DNA from: Desulfotomaculum sp.
GTDB lineage: Bacteria; Bacillota; Desulfotomaculia; Desulfotomaculales; Ammonificaceae
DNA: 32,380 nt
Direction: 5' to 3'
Assembly (NCBI GenBank): GCA_012961725.1
Contig: DTYU01000062.1
Location: 1 to 32,380, forward strand
Shown one piece after another: positions 7,800 to 15,793 of this stretch. The position numbers and the translations under genes were made by a program. Under the pieces are notes generated by a model. It did no database searches. It was not told where the DNA came from and worked only from the letters and a program-made list of their open reading frames with translations. The stretch's first letter is position 1. Every line of letters begins with the position of its first letter.

Positions 7800-9029
7800 A
7801 TGAAAAATTGTACTTATCTGTCCTCCGCAGAAGTTATCGCCCAGGCGGAGAGGTATATTATAAATACGTATGCCCGGCTTCCTTTGGTGCTGGTCAAGGG
7901 GGAAGGGACGCGGGTCTGGGATGCGGACGGCAAGGAGTACCTCGATTTTGTTGCCGGCATCGCGGTGAATTCCCTGGGACACTGCCACCCGCGGGTAGTG
8001 GCGGCCATCCGGGAGCAGGCAGGGGTGCTGATGCACTGCTCGAATCTCTATTACAGCACGCCTCAAGTTGAATTGGCGAAATGGCTGGTGGAGCGTACTC
8101 CCTTTGACCGGGTGTTTTTCTGTAACAGCGGAGCGGAGGCGATCGAGGCGGCGCTTAAGCTTGCGCGCAAATACTCGAAAAAGAGGTGGGGCGCCGGCCG
8201 CTTTGAGGTCGTGACGGCAGAGAACTCGTTTCACGGCAGGACATACGGTGCGGTCACCGCGACGGGGCAGCCAAGGTACCACCAGGGTTTTGAGCCCATG
8301 TTACCCGGTTTTAAGTACATCCCCTTCAACGATCGGGCCGCCCTACAGGAAGCGGTTGGAGAAAAAACGGCAGCCGTATTGCTGGAACCGGTGCAGGGTG
8401 AAGGGGGGATCTACCCGGCCTCGCCGGAGTTTTTGCGCGCCGCCCGGGCGATCACTCGGGAGCGGGGAGCGGTGCTGATATTTGACGAGATACAGTGCGG
8501 CCTGGGACGGACCGGACGGCTGCTGGCGCAGGAGCATTACGGGGTTGAGGCTGACGTCGCTTGCTTAGCGAAGGCGCTCGGCGGGGGCTTCCCCATCGGC
8601 GCGATGCTGGCGAGTGCAGAGGTCGCCGCCAGTTTCAGTCCCGGCGACCACGCCTCCACGTTCGGCGGGAACCCGCTGGCGGCGGCGGCGGCTCTCGCGG
8701 CGGCGGTAGCGTTGGAGGAGGAAGGGCTGGTTGAAAACGCGGTCCGGATCGGCAGATACCTGAAGGAGCGGCTTGTAAACCTCGGAGCGGCAACCGGCCT
8801 TGCTGGCGAGGTCAGGGGGATGGGGTTGATGCTCGGCCTCGCAGTAAAGGTGCCTGCGAAGGCTGTGGCGGCCGCCTGCCAGGAGAGGGGGCTCATCGTG
8901 AACGCGGTGAAAGAGGATACTTTGCGGTTTGTTCCGCCGCTTACCATTACCCGGGCGGAGGTCGATAAGGCGGTTGCGGTTTTAAGAGAAGCGCTGCTGG
9001 CAACCGCCAGTCAAAGCAAGGAGGGCTAA
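7800..9029 (+). CDS. argD: Acetylornithine aminotransferase (class III PLP aminotransferase)
   Basis: ORF 7776..9029 trimmed to ATG 7800 (AAGGAG 8 nt upstream). Motifs: GIAVNSLGHCHP, FCNSGAEA, DEIQCGLGRTG, and LAKALGGG containing the PLP Lys. Confidence 0.9.
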   Translation: MKNCTYLSSAEVIAQAERYIINTYARLPLVLVKGEGTRVWDADGKEYLDFVAGIAVNSLGHCHPRVVAAIREQAGVLMHCSNLYYSTPQVELAKWLVERTPFDRVFFCNSGAEAIEAALKLARKYSKKRWGAGRFEVVTAENSFHGRTYGAVTATGQPRYHQGFEPMLPGFKYIPFNDRAALQEAVGEKTAAVLLEPVQGEGGIYPASPEFLRAARAITRERGAVLIFDEIQCGLGRTGRLLAQEHYGVEADVACLAKALGGGFPIGAMLASAEVAASFSPGDHASTFGGNPLAAAAALAAAVALEEEGLVENAVRIGRYLKERLVNLGAATGLAGEVRGMGLMLGLAVKVPAKAVAAACQERGLIVNAVKEDTLRFVPPLTITRAEVDKAVAVLREALLATASQSKEG

Positions 9030-9030
9030 C

Positions 9031-9975
9031 GTGTATGCCTCATTGAGAAAACTCTTCTACGGCAGGGATTTCTTGTCAATAAACGACGTTACCGGTCAAG
9101 AGATCAGGGCCATTATCGATTTTGCCAGGGAGCTCAAAGAGGTCAAACGCAGGGGTGACCCACACGCCTTTTGCAGCGGGAAAACCCTGGCGATGATCTT
9201 TCAGAAGCCGTCCACCCGCACGCGGGTATCCTTTGAGGTGGGGATGTATGAGTTGGGCGGGTACGCCCTCTTCTTAAGTACGCAGGACCTGCAGCTTGGC
9301 CGGGGCGAGACGATCGCCGACACGGCACGGGTACTCTCCCGTTACGTAGACGGCATGATGATCCGGACCTTCAGCCAGCAAGACGTGGAAACCCTCGCAG
9401 CCGGGGCAAGCGTACCTGTGATCAACGGCCTTACGGACTGGGAGCATCCCTGCCAGGTAATGGCCGACCTCATGACGGTGCGGGAGGTGAAGGGGCGGTT
9501 TCGAGGTCTGAAACTTGCGTATCTCGGGGACGGGAATAACGTGTGCCACTCGCTGCTTTTAGCCTGTCCGCGGGTAGGCATGGATATCGTCGTGGCCAGC
9601 CCGCCGGGCTATGGGCCGCACGAGGAGATTATAGACGCGGCACGGGCGGCGGCTGCGGGGAGCATGAGCAAGATAGAGGTGATCACAGATCCTGTCGAGG
9701 CGGTGCGCGGGGCCGACGTGGTGGTAACCGACGTCTGGGCGAGCATAGGAAAGGAGGCCGAACATGCTGAGAGAATCCGGGTGTTCCAGCCTTATCAGGT
9801 CAACACCGCCTTAACGAGCCATGCGAAGCCGGACTTCATTTTCCTCCACTGCCTACCGGCGCACCGGGGTAAGGAGGTCACCGACGAGATCATCGACGGG
9901 CCCGCAAGCCGCGTTTGGGACGAGGCAGAGAACAGGCTCCACGTGCAGAAGGCGCTGTTAGCTCTTCTGTTATAA
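9031..9975 (+). CDS. argF: Ornithine carbamoyltransferase
   Basis: GTG start after AAGGAGGG. STRTR, HPCQ, DVWASIG and HCLPAHRG motifs. Confidence 0.9.
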   Translation: MYASLRKLFYGRDFLSINDVTGQEIRAIIDFARELKEVKRRGDPHAFCSGKTLAMIFQKPSTRTRVSFEVGMYELGGYALFLSTQDLQLGRGETIADTARVLSRYVDGMMIRTFSQQDVETLAAGASVPVINGLTDWEHPCQVMADLMTVREVKGRFRGLKLAYLGDGNNVCHSLLLACPRVGMDIVVASPPGYGPHEEIIDAARAAAAGSMSKIEVITDPVEAVRGADVVVTDVWASIGKEAEHAERIRVFQPYQVNTALTSHAKPDFIFLHCLPAHRGKEVTDEIIDGPASRVWDEAENRLHVQKALLALLL

Positions 9976-9984
9976 TTTGGGGTC

Positions 9985-10005
9985 GGTTCGAAGTTCGAAG
10001 TTCAA
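9985..10005 (+). repeat. Heptamer array GGTTCGA-AGTTCGA-AGTTCAA
   Basis: In-phase 7-mers just after the argF stop, ending in an orphan AAGGAGG (10004-10010) with no start codon behind it. Same unit family as 17514-17541. Confidence 0.8.
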
Positions 10006-10056
10006 GGAGGCAGGCGCACAGGCGGGGAGTCCAAAGGCCGGTAGTTGATTTCAGAT

Positions 10057-10086
10057 AATAATTTAGTATGGTGTCCCCGTAATTTT
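10057..10086 (+). repeat. Conserved intergenic box copy 3 (AATAATTTAGTATGGTGTCCCCGTAATTTT)
   Basis: 30/30 identical to 1818-1847 and followed by GGAG. Its 5' flank AGGCGGGGAGTCCAAA...ATTTCAGAT resembles the flank of copy 4 (AGGCGGACTCCCAAA...ATTTCGGAAT). Confidence 0.85.
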
Positions 10087-10090
10087 GGAG

Positions 10091-10139
10091 CAGAGACAGG
10101 AGAGAGGAGACTTCCTTCCTTTATTCTGACTTCTTGACC
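10091..10139 (+). repeat. Purine-arm/pyrimidine-arm heptamer hairpin between box copy 3 and the argG start
   Basis: 10093-10109 pairs with 10116-10132 by hand folding. GU pairs at G10093, G10100, G10104 and G10109 all have G in the 5' arm. The 3' arm contains TTATTCTGACTTCTTGACC. Confidence 0.65.
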
Positions 10140-10154
10140 AGAGAGGTGATCGGT

Positions 10155-11390
10155 ATGAGCAGGAAAGTGGTCTTGGCCTATTCGGGAGGCCTTGATACCT
10201 CCATTATCATTCCCTGGCTAAAGGAAAACTTCGGCTGTGAGGTCATCGCGATGGTCGCGGACCTCGGGCAGGGGGAAGAACTGAAACCGATCAGAGAAAA
10301 GGCGCTAACAAGCGGGGCTTGCAGGGTTTACATCGAGGACGTTAGGGAAGAGTTTTTGACGGATTACGTCTTTCCCACCCTGCGGGCGGGAGCGGTCTAC
10401 GAAGGCGGATATCTTTTGGGGAGTTCGATGGCCCGTCCGCTGATCGCCAAGAAGTTGGTTGAGGTTGCCCACCGGGAAGGCGCGGAAGCGGTGGCGCACG
10501 GGGCCACCGGCAAAGGGAACGACCAGGTACGCTTTGAGGTGAGTGTAAAGGCGCTTGACCCCGACCTGCGCGTGATTGCTCCCTGGCGCCTGTGGAATAT
10601 CCGCTCCCGCGAAGACGCGGTCGCCTACGCGGCTGCACGGGCTATCCCGGTGCCGGTCACCCCTGAACGACCCTACAGCATGGACCGGAACCTCTGGCAC
10701 TTAAGCCATGAGGGCGGCGATCTTGAAGACCCCGGGAATGAGGCGCCGAGGGGACTGTACCTTTTGACGGTGCCGCCTGAGGAAGCGCCCGGGGAGCCTG
10801 CGTACGTGACCCTTCACTTCGAGGGGGGGACACCCGTAGGGCTTGAGGATCTCCGCCCGGACCCGCTGACTCTGATGGAGAGGCTAAATGCCCTCGGCGG
10901 AAAGCACGGCATCGGGATTGTGGACATGGTGGAAAACCGGCTTGTGGGGATGAAATCCCGGGGGGTATACGAGACGCCCGGCGGGACGGTCCTCTTTTGT
11001 GCGCTGCGGGAGCTTGAGCGGCTTACACTTGACCGGGCCACGCTTCATTTCAAGGAGATTGTGGCCCTCAAATACGCGGAACTCGTCTATGACGGCCTGT
11101 GGTTCTCGCCGCTGCGCGAGGCTTTGGACGCCTTTGTTGCATCGATCTCCCGCACGGTAACCGGGCGTGTCCGCCTTAGACTTTATAAAGGAAACCTTTC
11201 TCCCGCGGGGGTCTGGTCGCCGTATTCTCTCTACTTGAAAGATCTTGCCACCTTCGGGCGGGACGAGATGTACGACCAAAGGGACGCCGGAGGGTTCATC
11301 AACCTCTTCGGCCTGCCCCTTAAGGTCCAGGCGATGGTGAGAAAGGATGAAGGCGCAAAGATGAAAAGTAGGGGAAACGGGAGGGATTAA
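10155..11390 (+). CDS. argG: Argininosuccinate synthase
   Basis: ORF 10134..11390 trimmed to ATG 10155 (GAGAGGTG RBS). [10 protein letters not shown]-loop-like motif, [30 protein letters not shown]. Confidence 0.95.
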   Translation: MSRKVVLAYSGGLDTSIIIPWLKENFGCEVIAMVADLGQGEELKPIREKALTSGACRVYIEDVREEFLTDYVFPTLRAGAVYEGGYLLGSSMARPLIAKKLVEVAHREGAEAVAHGATGKGNDQVRFEVSVKALDPDLRVIAPWRLWNIRSREDAVAYAAARAIPVPVTPERPYSMDRNLWHLSHEGGDLEDPGNEAPRGLYLLTVPPEEAPGEPAYVTLHFEGGTPVGLEDLRPDPLTLMERLNALGGKHGIGIVDMVENRLVGMKSRGVYETPGGTVLFCALRELERLTLDRATLHFKEIVALKYAELVYDGLWFSPLREALDAFVASISRTVTGRVRLRLYKGNLSPAGVWSPYSLYLKDLATFGRDEMYDQRDAGGFINLFGLPLKVQAMVRKDEGAKMKSRGNGRD

Positions 11391-11393
11391 GAT

Positions 11394-12767
11394 ATGACTA
11401 CGCTCTGGGGCGGGTGCTTTCAAAAGGAAACCGATGCAAGGGTGAGGGCCTTTCAGGACTCCTTGGGCTTCGATTTCCGGCTCTGGCCTTATGAGATCGC
11501 GGTAAACCGGGCGCACGCCCGCATGCTGGTAAAGATCGGGGTCCTGACCGAGGCTGAGGGGGAAACCATTCTCAAGGGGTTAGATAAGATCTACGACGAC
11601 TTTGCCTCGGGGAAGGCGGAGCCGGTCGGAGAGGAAGACGTCCACTCGCTAATCGAGGCGCTGTTAGTAAAATGGGCAGGCGAAGTCGGGAAGAAGCTGC
11701 ACACCGGGCGGAGCCGCAACGACCAGGTGGCGACCGACTTGAGGCTGTACCTGAGGGACGAGATCGATGCGGTGCGGGGAATGCTGCGGGAGTTTCGGCT
11801 GGCATTGGTGGAACTCGCTGCGGAGCACGTGGAAACATTGATGCCTGGTTTCACACATCTGCAGCCGGCGCAGCCGGTGACCTTCGCCCATCACCTATTG
11901 GCTTACTACGAGATGTTTACCAGGGATGATGCGCGGTTTGAGGACTGCCGCCGCAGAATGAACGTCCTCCCGCTCGGGGCGGGAGCCCTGGCGGGAACAA
12001 CCTTCCCGCTCGACAGGGGGTTTGTGGCGGAGGCACTTGGGTTTGACGCCATCAGCGAGAACAGCATGGACGCGGTCAGCGACCGGGACTTCGTGGTGGA
12101 GTTCTGCGCTGCGGCCGCACTTGTTTTTGTTCATCTCAGCCGGCTGTGCGAGGAGGTCATCCTCTGGGCAACACCCCAGTTCGGTTTTATCGAGCTTGAC
12201 GACGCCTTTGCTACCGGATCGAGCATGATGCCGCAAAAGAAAAACCCCGATGTGGCGGAGCTGTGCCGGGGCAAAACGGGGCGCGTGGTCGGAAATCTTG
12301 CCGGGCTGTTGATCCTGCTTAAAGGGCTGCCGCTTGCTTACAACAAGGACCTCCAGGAAGACAAGCCCCTGCTTTTCGATACGGCGGATACCCTGAAAGG
12401 GTGTCTCGGCGTCTTTATCCCGATGATGCAAAAGCTCAAGGTCAGCCGTGAGCGGATGAGGGACGCCGCCCACCGGGGATTTCTAACCGCCACCGACCTT
12501 GCGGAGTACCTGGTTCGAAAGGGGGTGCCCTTCCGCGAGGCGCATGAGGCAGCGGGCGAGGTGGTGGTTTACTGCCTCGAACAGGGGAAGGGGCTTGACA
12601 GCCTTTCTTTGGATGATTACCGGCGCTTTTCTCCTGTAATTGACCAGGATGTTTTTGAATCGGTCAGGTTAGAGCAGGCGTTACAGGCGCGGCGGGTCTT
12701 AGGGGGTCCTGCGCCGGAGGCGGTTCGCGAAAGGATCGAGTCGCTGATGAAATTTTTGAAGTATTGA
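11394..12767 (+). CDS. argH: Argininosuccinate lyase
   Basis: 457 aa. LWGGCF start, HTGRSRNDQVATD, GSSMMPQKKNPD signature. Confidence 0.95.
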   Translation: MTTLWGGCFQKETDARVRAFQDSLGFDFRLWPYEIAVNRAHARMLVKIGVLTEAEGETILKGLDKIYDDFASGKAEPVGEEDVHSLIEALLVKWAGEVGKKLHTGRSRNDQVATDLRLYLRDEIDAVRGMLREFRLALVELAAEHVETLMPGFTHLQPAQPVTFAHHLLAYYEMFTRDDARFEDCRRRMNVLPLGAGALAGTTFPLDRGFVAEALGFDAISENSMDAVSDRDFVVEFCAAAALVFVHLSRLCEEVILWATPQFGFIELDDAFATGSSMMPQKKNPDVAELCRGKTGRVVGNLAGLLILLKGLPLAYNKDLQEDKPLLFDTADTLKGCLGVFIPMMQKLKVSRERMRDAAHRGFLTATDLAEYLVRKGVPFREAHEAAGEVVVYCLEQGKGLDSLSLDDYRRFSPVIDQDVFESVRLEQALQARRVLGGPAPEAVRERIESLMKFLKY

Positions 12768-12796
12768 TTGACAAAGGGGAGATTTTTTGTTATTTT
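12768..12796 (+). promoter_or_regulatory. Sigma-A-type promoter (TTGACA, 17 nt, TGT-TATTTT)
   Basis: TTGACA at 12768-12773, immediately after the argH stop. TATTTT at 12791-12796 with TG at 12788-12789 (extended -10). Confidence 0.5.
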
Positions 12797-12854
12797 GAAG
12801 TGTAAGTGATAACTTTCACAAAACCACCGTCCAGTTGTGAGGAGGGTGGGCCCG

Positions 12855-13061
12855 GTGAGCAGGCTTGCGAAGGCGTTCGAAGTCTTAGAAGCGGAAGGAT
12901 GCAGATTCATCCCGGTACCGGGAACGGAGTGGTACGAGGTCGGTTCTCCGGAGGGTGCCGTTGTGCTGCTAAAAGAGAAGCAGATCATTAAGTTCTTCGG
13001 CAACGGCGACCCGGAGAAGGTCAGGGAATGGCTGTTTAAGCAAAACTTGAAGTCCGGCTAA
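12855..13061 (+). CDS. Small (68 aa) hypothetical protein
   Basis: GTG 12855 with GGAGGG at 12841-12846 (8 nt spacing). Has its own promoter upstream and a strong terminator downstream. I do not recognise a family. Sequence: SRLAKAFEVLEAEGCRFIPVPGTEWYEVGSPEGAVVLLKEKQIIKFFGNGDPEKVREWLFKQNLKSG. Confidence 0.5.
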   Translation: MSRLAKAFEVLEAEGCRFIPVPGTEWYEVGSPEGAVVLLKEKQIIKFFGNGDPEKVREWLFKQNLKSG

Positions 13062-13109
13062 TGCAGGGAGGGCCATGCTGGTAACACCTCAACATAACCC
13101 CCATCCTTG

Positions 13110-13137
13110 AGGCCAGTGTAACTGGCCTTTTTGTTTT
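13110..13137 (+). terminator. Rho-independent terminator
   Basis: AGGCCAG (13110-13116) pairs with CTGGCCT (13122-13128) around a short loop, followed by TTTTGTTTT. Confidence 0.7.
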
Positions 13138-13188
13138 AGGCGTTTTTTACTTGTTGCGAAGGGCTTTTTATCACTTTTCCGGTCTACC

Positions 13189-13217
13189 TTGACAGGCTGT
13201 CCAAGAAGAGTTAAAAT
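13189..13217 (+). promoter_or_regulatory. Sigma-A-type promoter (TTGACA, 17 nt, TAAAAT)
   Basis: TTGACA at 13189-13194 and TAAAAT at 13212-13217, about 40 nt upstream of ATG 13258. Confidence 0.55.
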
Positions 13218-13257
13218 TTCACGCAATTCAAAAGTCCTTAGCGGGAGGATGAAGTTG

Positions 13258-14304
13258 ATGTATCGGATCGCCGTGATTCCAGGTGACGGAACGGGCCCGG
13301 AACAGGTCAGGGAAGGAATGAAGGTGCTGACGGCGGTAGCCGAATATGAGGAGTTCAAGTTTGAGGCCGTTACCTACGACTTCGGCGGGGACAGGTTCTT
13401 GCGTACAGGAGAAACGCTGCCGGACGGCGCACTTGAGGAGTTGCGTAAATTCAGCGCCATTTACTTGGGCGCTATCGGGCATCCGGAAGTCAAGCCCGGG
13501 ATCTTGGAAAAGGGGATCCTTTTGCGCTTGCGCTTTGAGCTTGACCAGTACATCAACCTCCGGCCGGTCAGGCTCTACCCGGGCGTCCAGACACCGCTAA
13601 AGGACAAGGGGCCTGAGGAGATCGACTTTATCGTTGTCCGGGAGAATACGGAGGGCCTTTACTGCGGTGCGGGGGGGTTCTTGAAGCGCGGCACTAAGGA
13701 CGAGGTGGCGGTTCAGAATTCGATAAACACCTATAAGGGCGTCGAGCGGTGTGTTCGTTACGCCTTTGAATACTGCCGGCGGCATGGAAGGAAGAAGGTG
13801 ACGCTGTGCGGTAAAACAAACGTCCTTACTTATGCCTTTGACCTATGGGAGCGGGTTTTTCACCAGGTGGGTGATGGTTACCCGGAGATACAGCGGGACT
13901 ATGCCCATGTCGATGCCGCGTGCATGTGGATGGTCAAGAACCCGGAATGGTTTGACGTCATCGTTACGGACAACATGTTCGGGGATATCATCACCGACCT
14001 CGGCGCGATAATCCAGGGCGGCATGGGGATCGCCGCCGGCGGCAACATCAACCCCGAAGGGGTGTCGATGTTTGAGCCGATAGGCGGTTCTGCGCCCAAG
14101 TACACGGGGCAAAACGTCATCAACCCGCTTGCCGCGATCTGTGCTGCCGCGATGATGCTCGAGCAACTCGGTGAAACAAAGGCGGCGGCCCGGGTTGAGC
14201 ACGCTGTCCGGGAGGTCTGCGCCAAACACCTGAAGAGTCTGGCCGCGGGGCGGATGGGTTACTCCACCAGCGAAGTGGGTGACCTGGTTGTCCGTTATCT
14301 TTAG
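13258..14304 (+). CDS. Isopropylmalate/isocitrate dehydrogenase-family enzyme of the tartrate/D-malate dehydrogenase (TtuC/DmlA)-like type; candidate 3-isopropylmalate dehydrogenase
   Basis: ORF 13189..14304 trimmed to ATG 13258 (GGGAGG 9 nt upstream). [62 protein letters not shown]. Overall it looks closer to my memory of E. coli DmlA than to classical LeuB. Confidence 0.75.
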   Translation: MYRIAVIPGDGTGPEQVREGMKVLTAVAEYEEFKFEAVTYDFGGDRFLRTGETLPDGALEELRKFSAIYLGAIGHPEVKPGILEKGILLRLRFELDQYINLRPVRLYPGVQTPLKDKGPEEIDFIVVRENTEGLYCGAGGFLKRGTKDEVAVQNSINTYKGVERCVRYAFEYCRRHGRKKVTLCGKTNVLTYAFDLWERVFHQVGDGYPEIQRDYAHVDAACMWMVKNPEWFDVIVTDNMFGDIITDLGAIIQGGMGIAAGGNINPEGVSMFEPIGGSAPKYTGQNVINPLAAICAAAMMLEQLGETKAAARVEHAVREVCAKHLKSLAAGRMGYSTSEVGDLVVRYL

Positions 14305-14346
14305 TGAAGGAGGCATTGTAACCGGCGTTTCTGTAGGTGTCAACAC

Positions 14347-14376
14347 TTGACATGCCGGTAATGGTTTTTGTATACT
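14347..14376 (+). promoter_or_regulatory. Sigma-A-type promoter of the ilv-leu cluster (TTGACA, 18 nt, TATACT)
   Basis: TTGACA at 14347-14352 and TATACT at 14371-14376, with TG immediately upstream. Confidence 0.6.
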
Positions 14377-14382
14377 GGGGGG

Positions 14383-14690
14383 AAATCATAGCGGTTAAAG
14401 GCGAAGAAGGGGCCAGCGCAGCGGACTTCATAGAACGGGGGCCGGGTTAGGTGAAAGCTGGTGCAAAGGTGGGGTTGCCCGATCAACACTTATTTTGCAA
14501 TGCTGTGTTCACGAAGTTACACGCCGCCCAATAAGTGGTATCGCTTAATGCAAATTGGAAATTGCAAATGTCAAGATAAAGATCGCTCATCACGTACCTT
14601 CGTAGGACGGTGCCGCAGGGGGTTCAGCCTCTCGTCCCTGACCCGCACTCAACCGTCGGGTGCCGGGCGCGGGCGGGAGGCTTTGGTTTA
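14383..14690 (+). promoter_or_regulatory. T-box-like transcription-attenuation leader (divergent)
   Basis: Stem I distal-type hairpin CCGG (14442-45)/CTGG (14458-61) with a 12-nt loop GUUAGGUGAAAG. GCGAAGAAGG (14401-10) resembles the 5' GA/K-turn strand. UAGGACGGUGCCGCA (14603-17) matches 11/15 positions of the T-box core UAGGGUGGUACCGCG as I recall it. The antiterminator-like fold is GGACG (14605-09)/CGUCC (14633-37), a 7-nt bulge, then AGGGG (14617-21)/CCUCU (14628-32). It is mutually exclusive with the terminator GCCUCUCGUCC (14627-37)/GGGCGGGAGGC (14671-81) followed by UUUGGUUU. Confidence 0.5.
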
Positions 14691-14719
14691 AATTGTTCCG
14701 GGACGAGGGGGAAAGAATA

Positions 14720-15613
14720 GTGGGGCTTACCATCTACTTGGACGGCGAATACGTTCCCGAAGAGAAAGCTGCTGTCTCGGTTTTTGACCACGGGTTGTTG
14801 TATGGTGACGGGGTTTTTGAGGGGATAAGGGCTTACCACGGCCGGGTCTTTAAGCTGAAGGAACACCTTGAGAGGCTTTACGAGTCGGCGAAATCGATTC
14901 TCCTTGAAGTTCCGCTGGACAGGGAGGAGATGCAGGATGTTGTTTTGGAGACCTGCCGCCGGAACGGCATCCGCGACGGCTATATCCGGCTGGTGGTCAC
15001 ACGCGGCAAAGGTGATTTAGGGCTTGATCCAGAGAAGTGCCGGAACCCCGTAGTTTTCTGCATTGCGGCTTCGATCCAGCTCTATCCGCCGGAGTTCTAC
15101 GAGAAGGGGCTCGAGGTGATTACGGTCTCTACCCGCCGTAATATTCCGGAGGCGTTGAACGCAAGGATTAAGTCCCTCAACTATTTAAACAACATCTTGG
15201 CCAAGATTGAAGGCAATCTTGCTGGTGTTCAGGAGGCTATAATGCTCACCCATGACGGGTACGTTGCCGAGGCCACTGCGGACAACGTCTTCATAGTAAA
15301 GAACCGCAAGCTTATCACGCCGCCGCTTTATTTAGGTGCTTTGGAAGGTATAACGAGGAATACGGTGATGGAACTGGCGCGGGACAAGGGGATTCACGTA
15401 TTTGAACAGACGTTCACCAGGTACGACGTTTTCGTCGCCGACGAGTGCTTCCTGACGGGGACGGGGGCAGAGCTCATCCCGGTGGTAAAGGTCGACGGTC
15501 GTACCATCGGCGATGGACGGCCAGGGGCGATGACGTGGGAACTGATCGAAGCATTCCGCGAGCTGACAAAGGCGGACGGACCTGAAATATGGAGGTATGA
15601 GGCAAGCAGTTAG
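14720..15613 (+). CDS. ilvE: Branched-chain amino-acid aminotransferase (class IV)
   Basis: ORF 14660..15613 trimmed to GTG 14720 (GAGGGGG RBS). VSVFDHGLLYGDGVFEGIRAY, and the IKSLNYLNNILAK region expected to hold the PLP Lys. Confidence 0.9.
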   Translation: MGLTIYLDGEYVPEEKAAVSVFDHGLLYGDGVFEGIRAYHGRVFKLKEHLERLYESAKSILLEVPLDREEMQDVVLETCRRNGIRDGYIRLVVTRGKGDLGLDPEKCRNPVVFCIAASIQLYPPEFYEKGLEVITVSTRRNIPEALNARIKSLNYLNNILAKIEGNLAGVQEAIMLTHDGYVAEATADNVFIVKNRKLITPPLYLGALEGITRNTVMELARDKGIHVFEQTFTRYDVFVADECFLTGTGAELIPVVKVDGRTIGDGRPGAMTWELIEAFRELTKADGPEIWRYEASS

Positions 15614-15774
15614 AGGCCAGGAAGGAATTGAGAAGAAGGAGAGCGCAGAAGCGATTTGTTACAAACATCCGACGTCTGAGTTCTGACAGCCGACTTCCGT
15701 TAGAGAAGAAAGGAAAATCGCGGAAGCGATTTCCTACAAGCATCCGGCATCTGACTTCTGGCATCCGACATCTG
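15610..15774 (+). repeat. Tandem duplication (units 15610-15699 and 15700-15774) built partly of CATCYGA-type heptamers
   Basis: Both units start TTAGAG. The cores 15643-15699 and 15717-15774 match at 44/57 positions by hand alignment. In-phase 7-mers: CATCCGA CGTCTGA GTTCTGA CAGCCGA and CATCCGG CATCTGA CTTCTGG CATCCGA. Each unit carries the GCGATTT(G/C)(T/C)TACAA module. Confidence 0.8.
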
Positions 15775-15793
15775 TTATAAGGAGGCTTCTTCC

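Noticed and set aside
14551-14568. CAAATTGGAAATTGCAAA as a CodY box (AATTTTCWGAAAATT)
   Set aside because: Only a loose resemblance. It lies well downstream of the promoter inside the leader. I cannot support a call without a scoring matrix or knowing whether CodY is present in this genome.
14461-14691. 76-codon ORF inside the ilvE leader as a possible attenuation leader peptide
   Set aside because: No RBS and no run of Val/Leu/Ile codons. It overlaps the RNA elements that already explain the terminator/antiterminator alternative.
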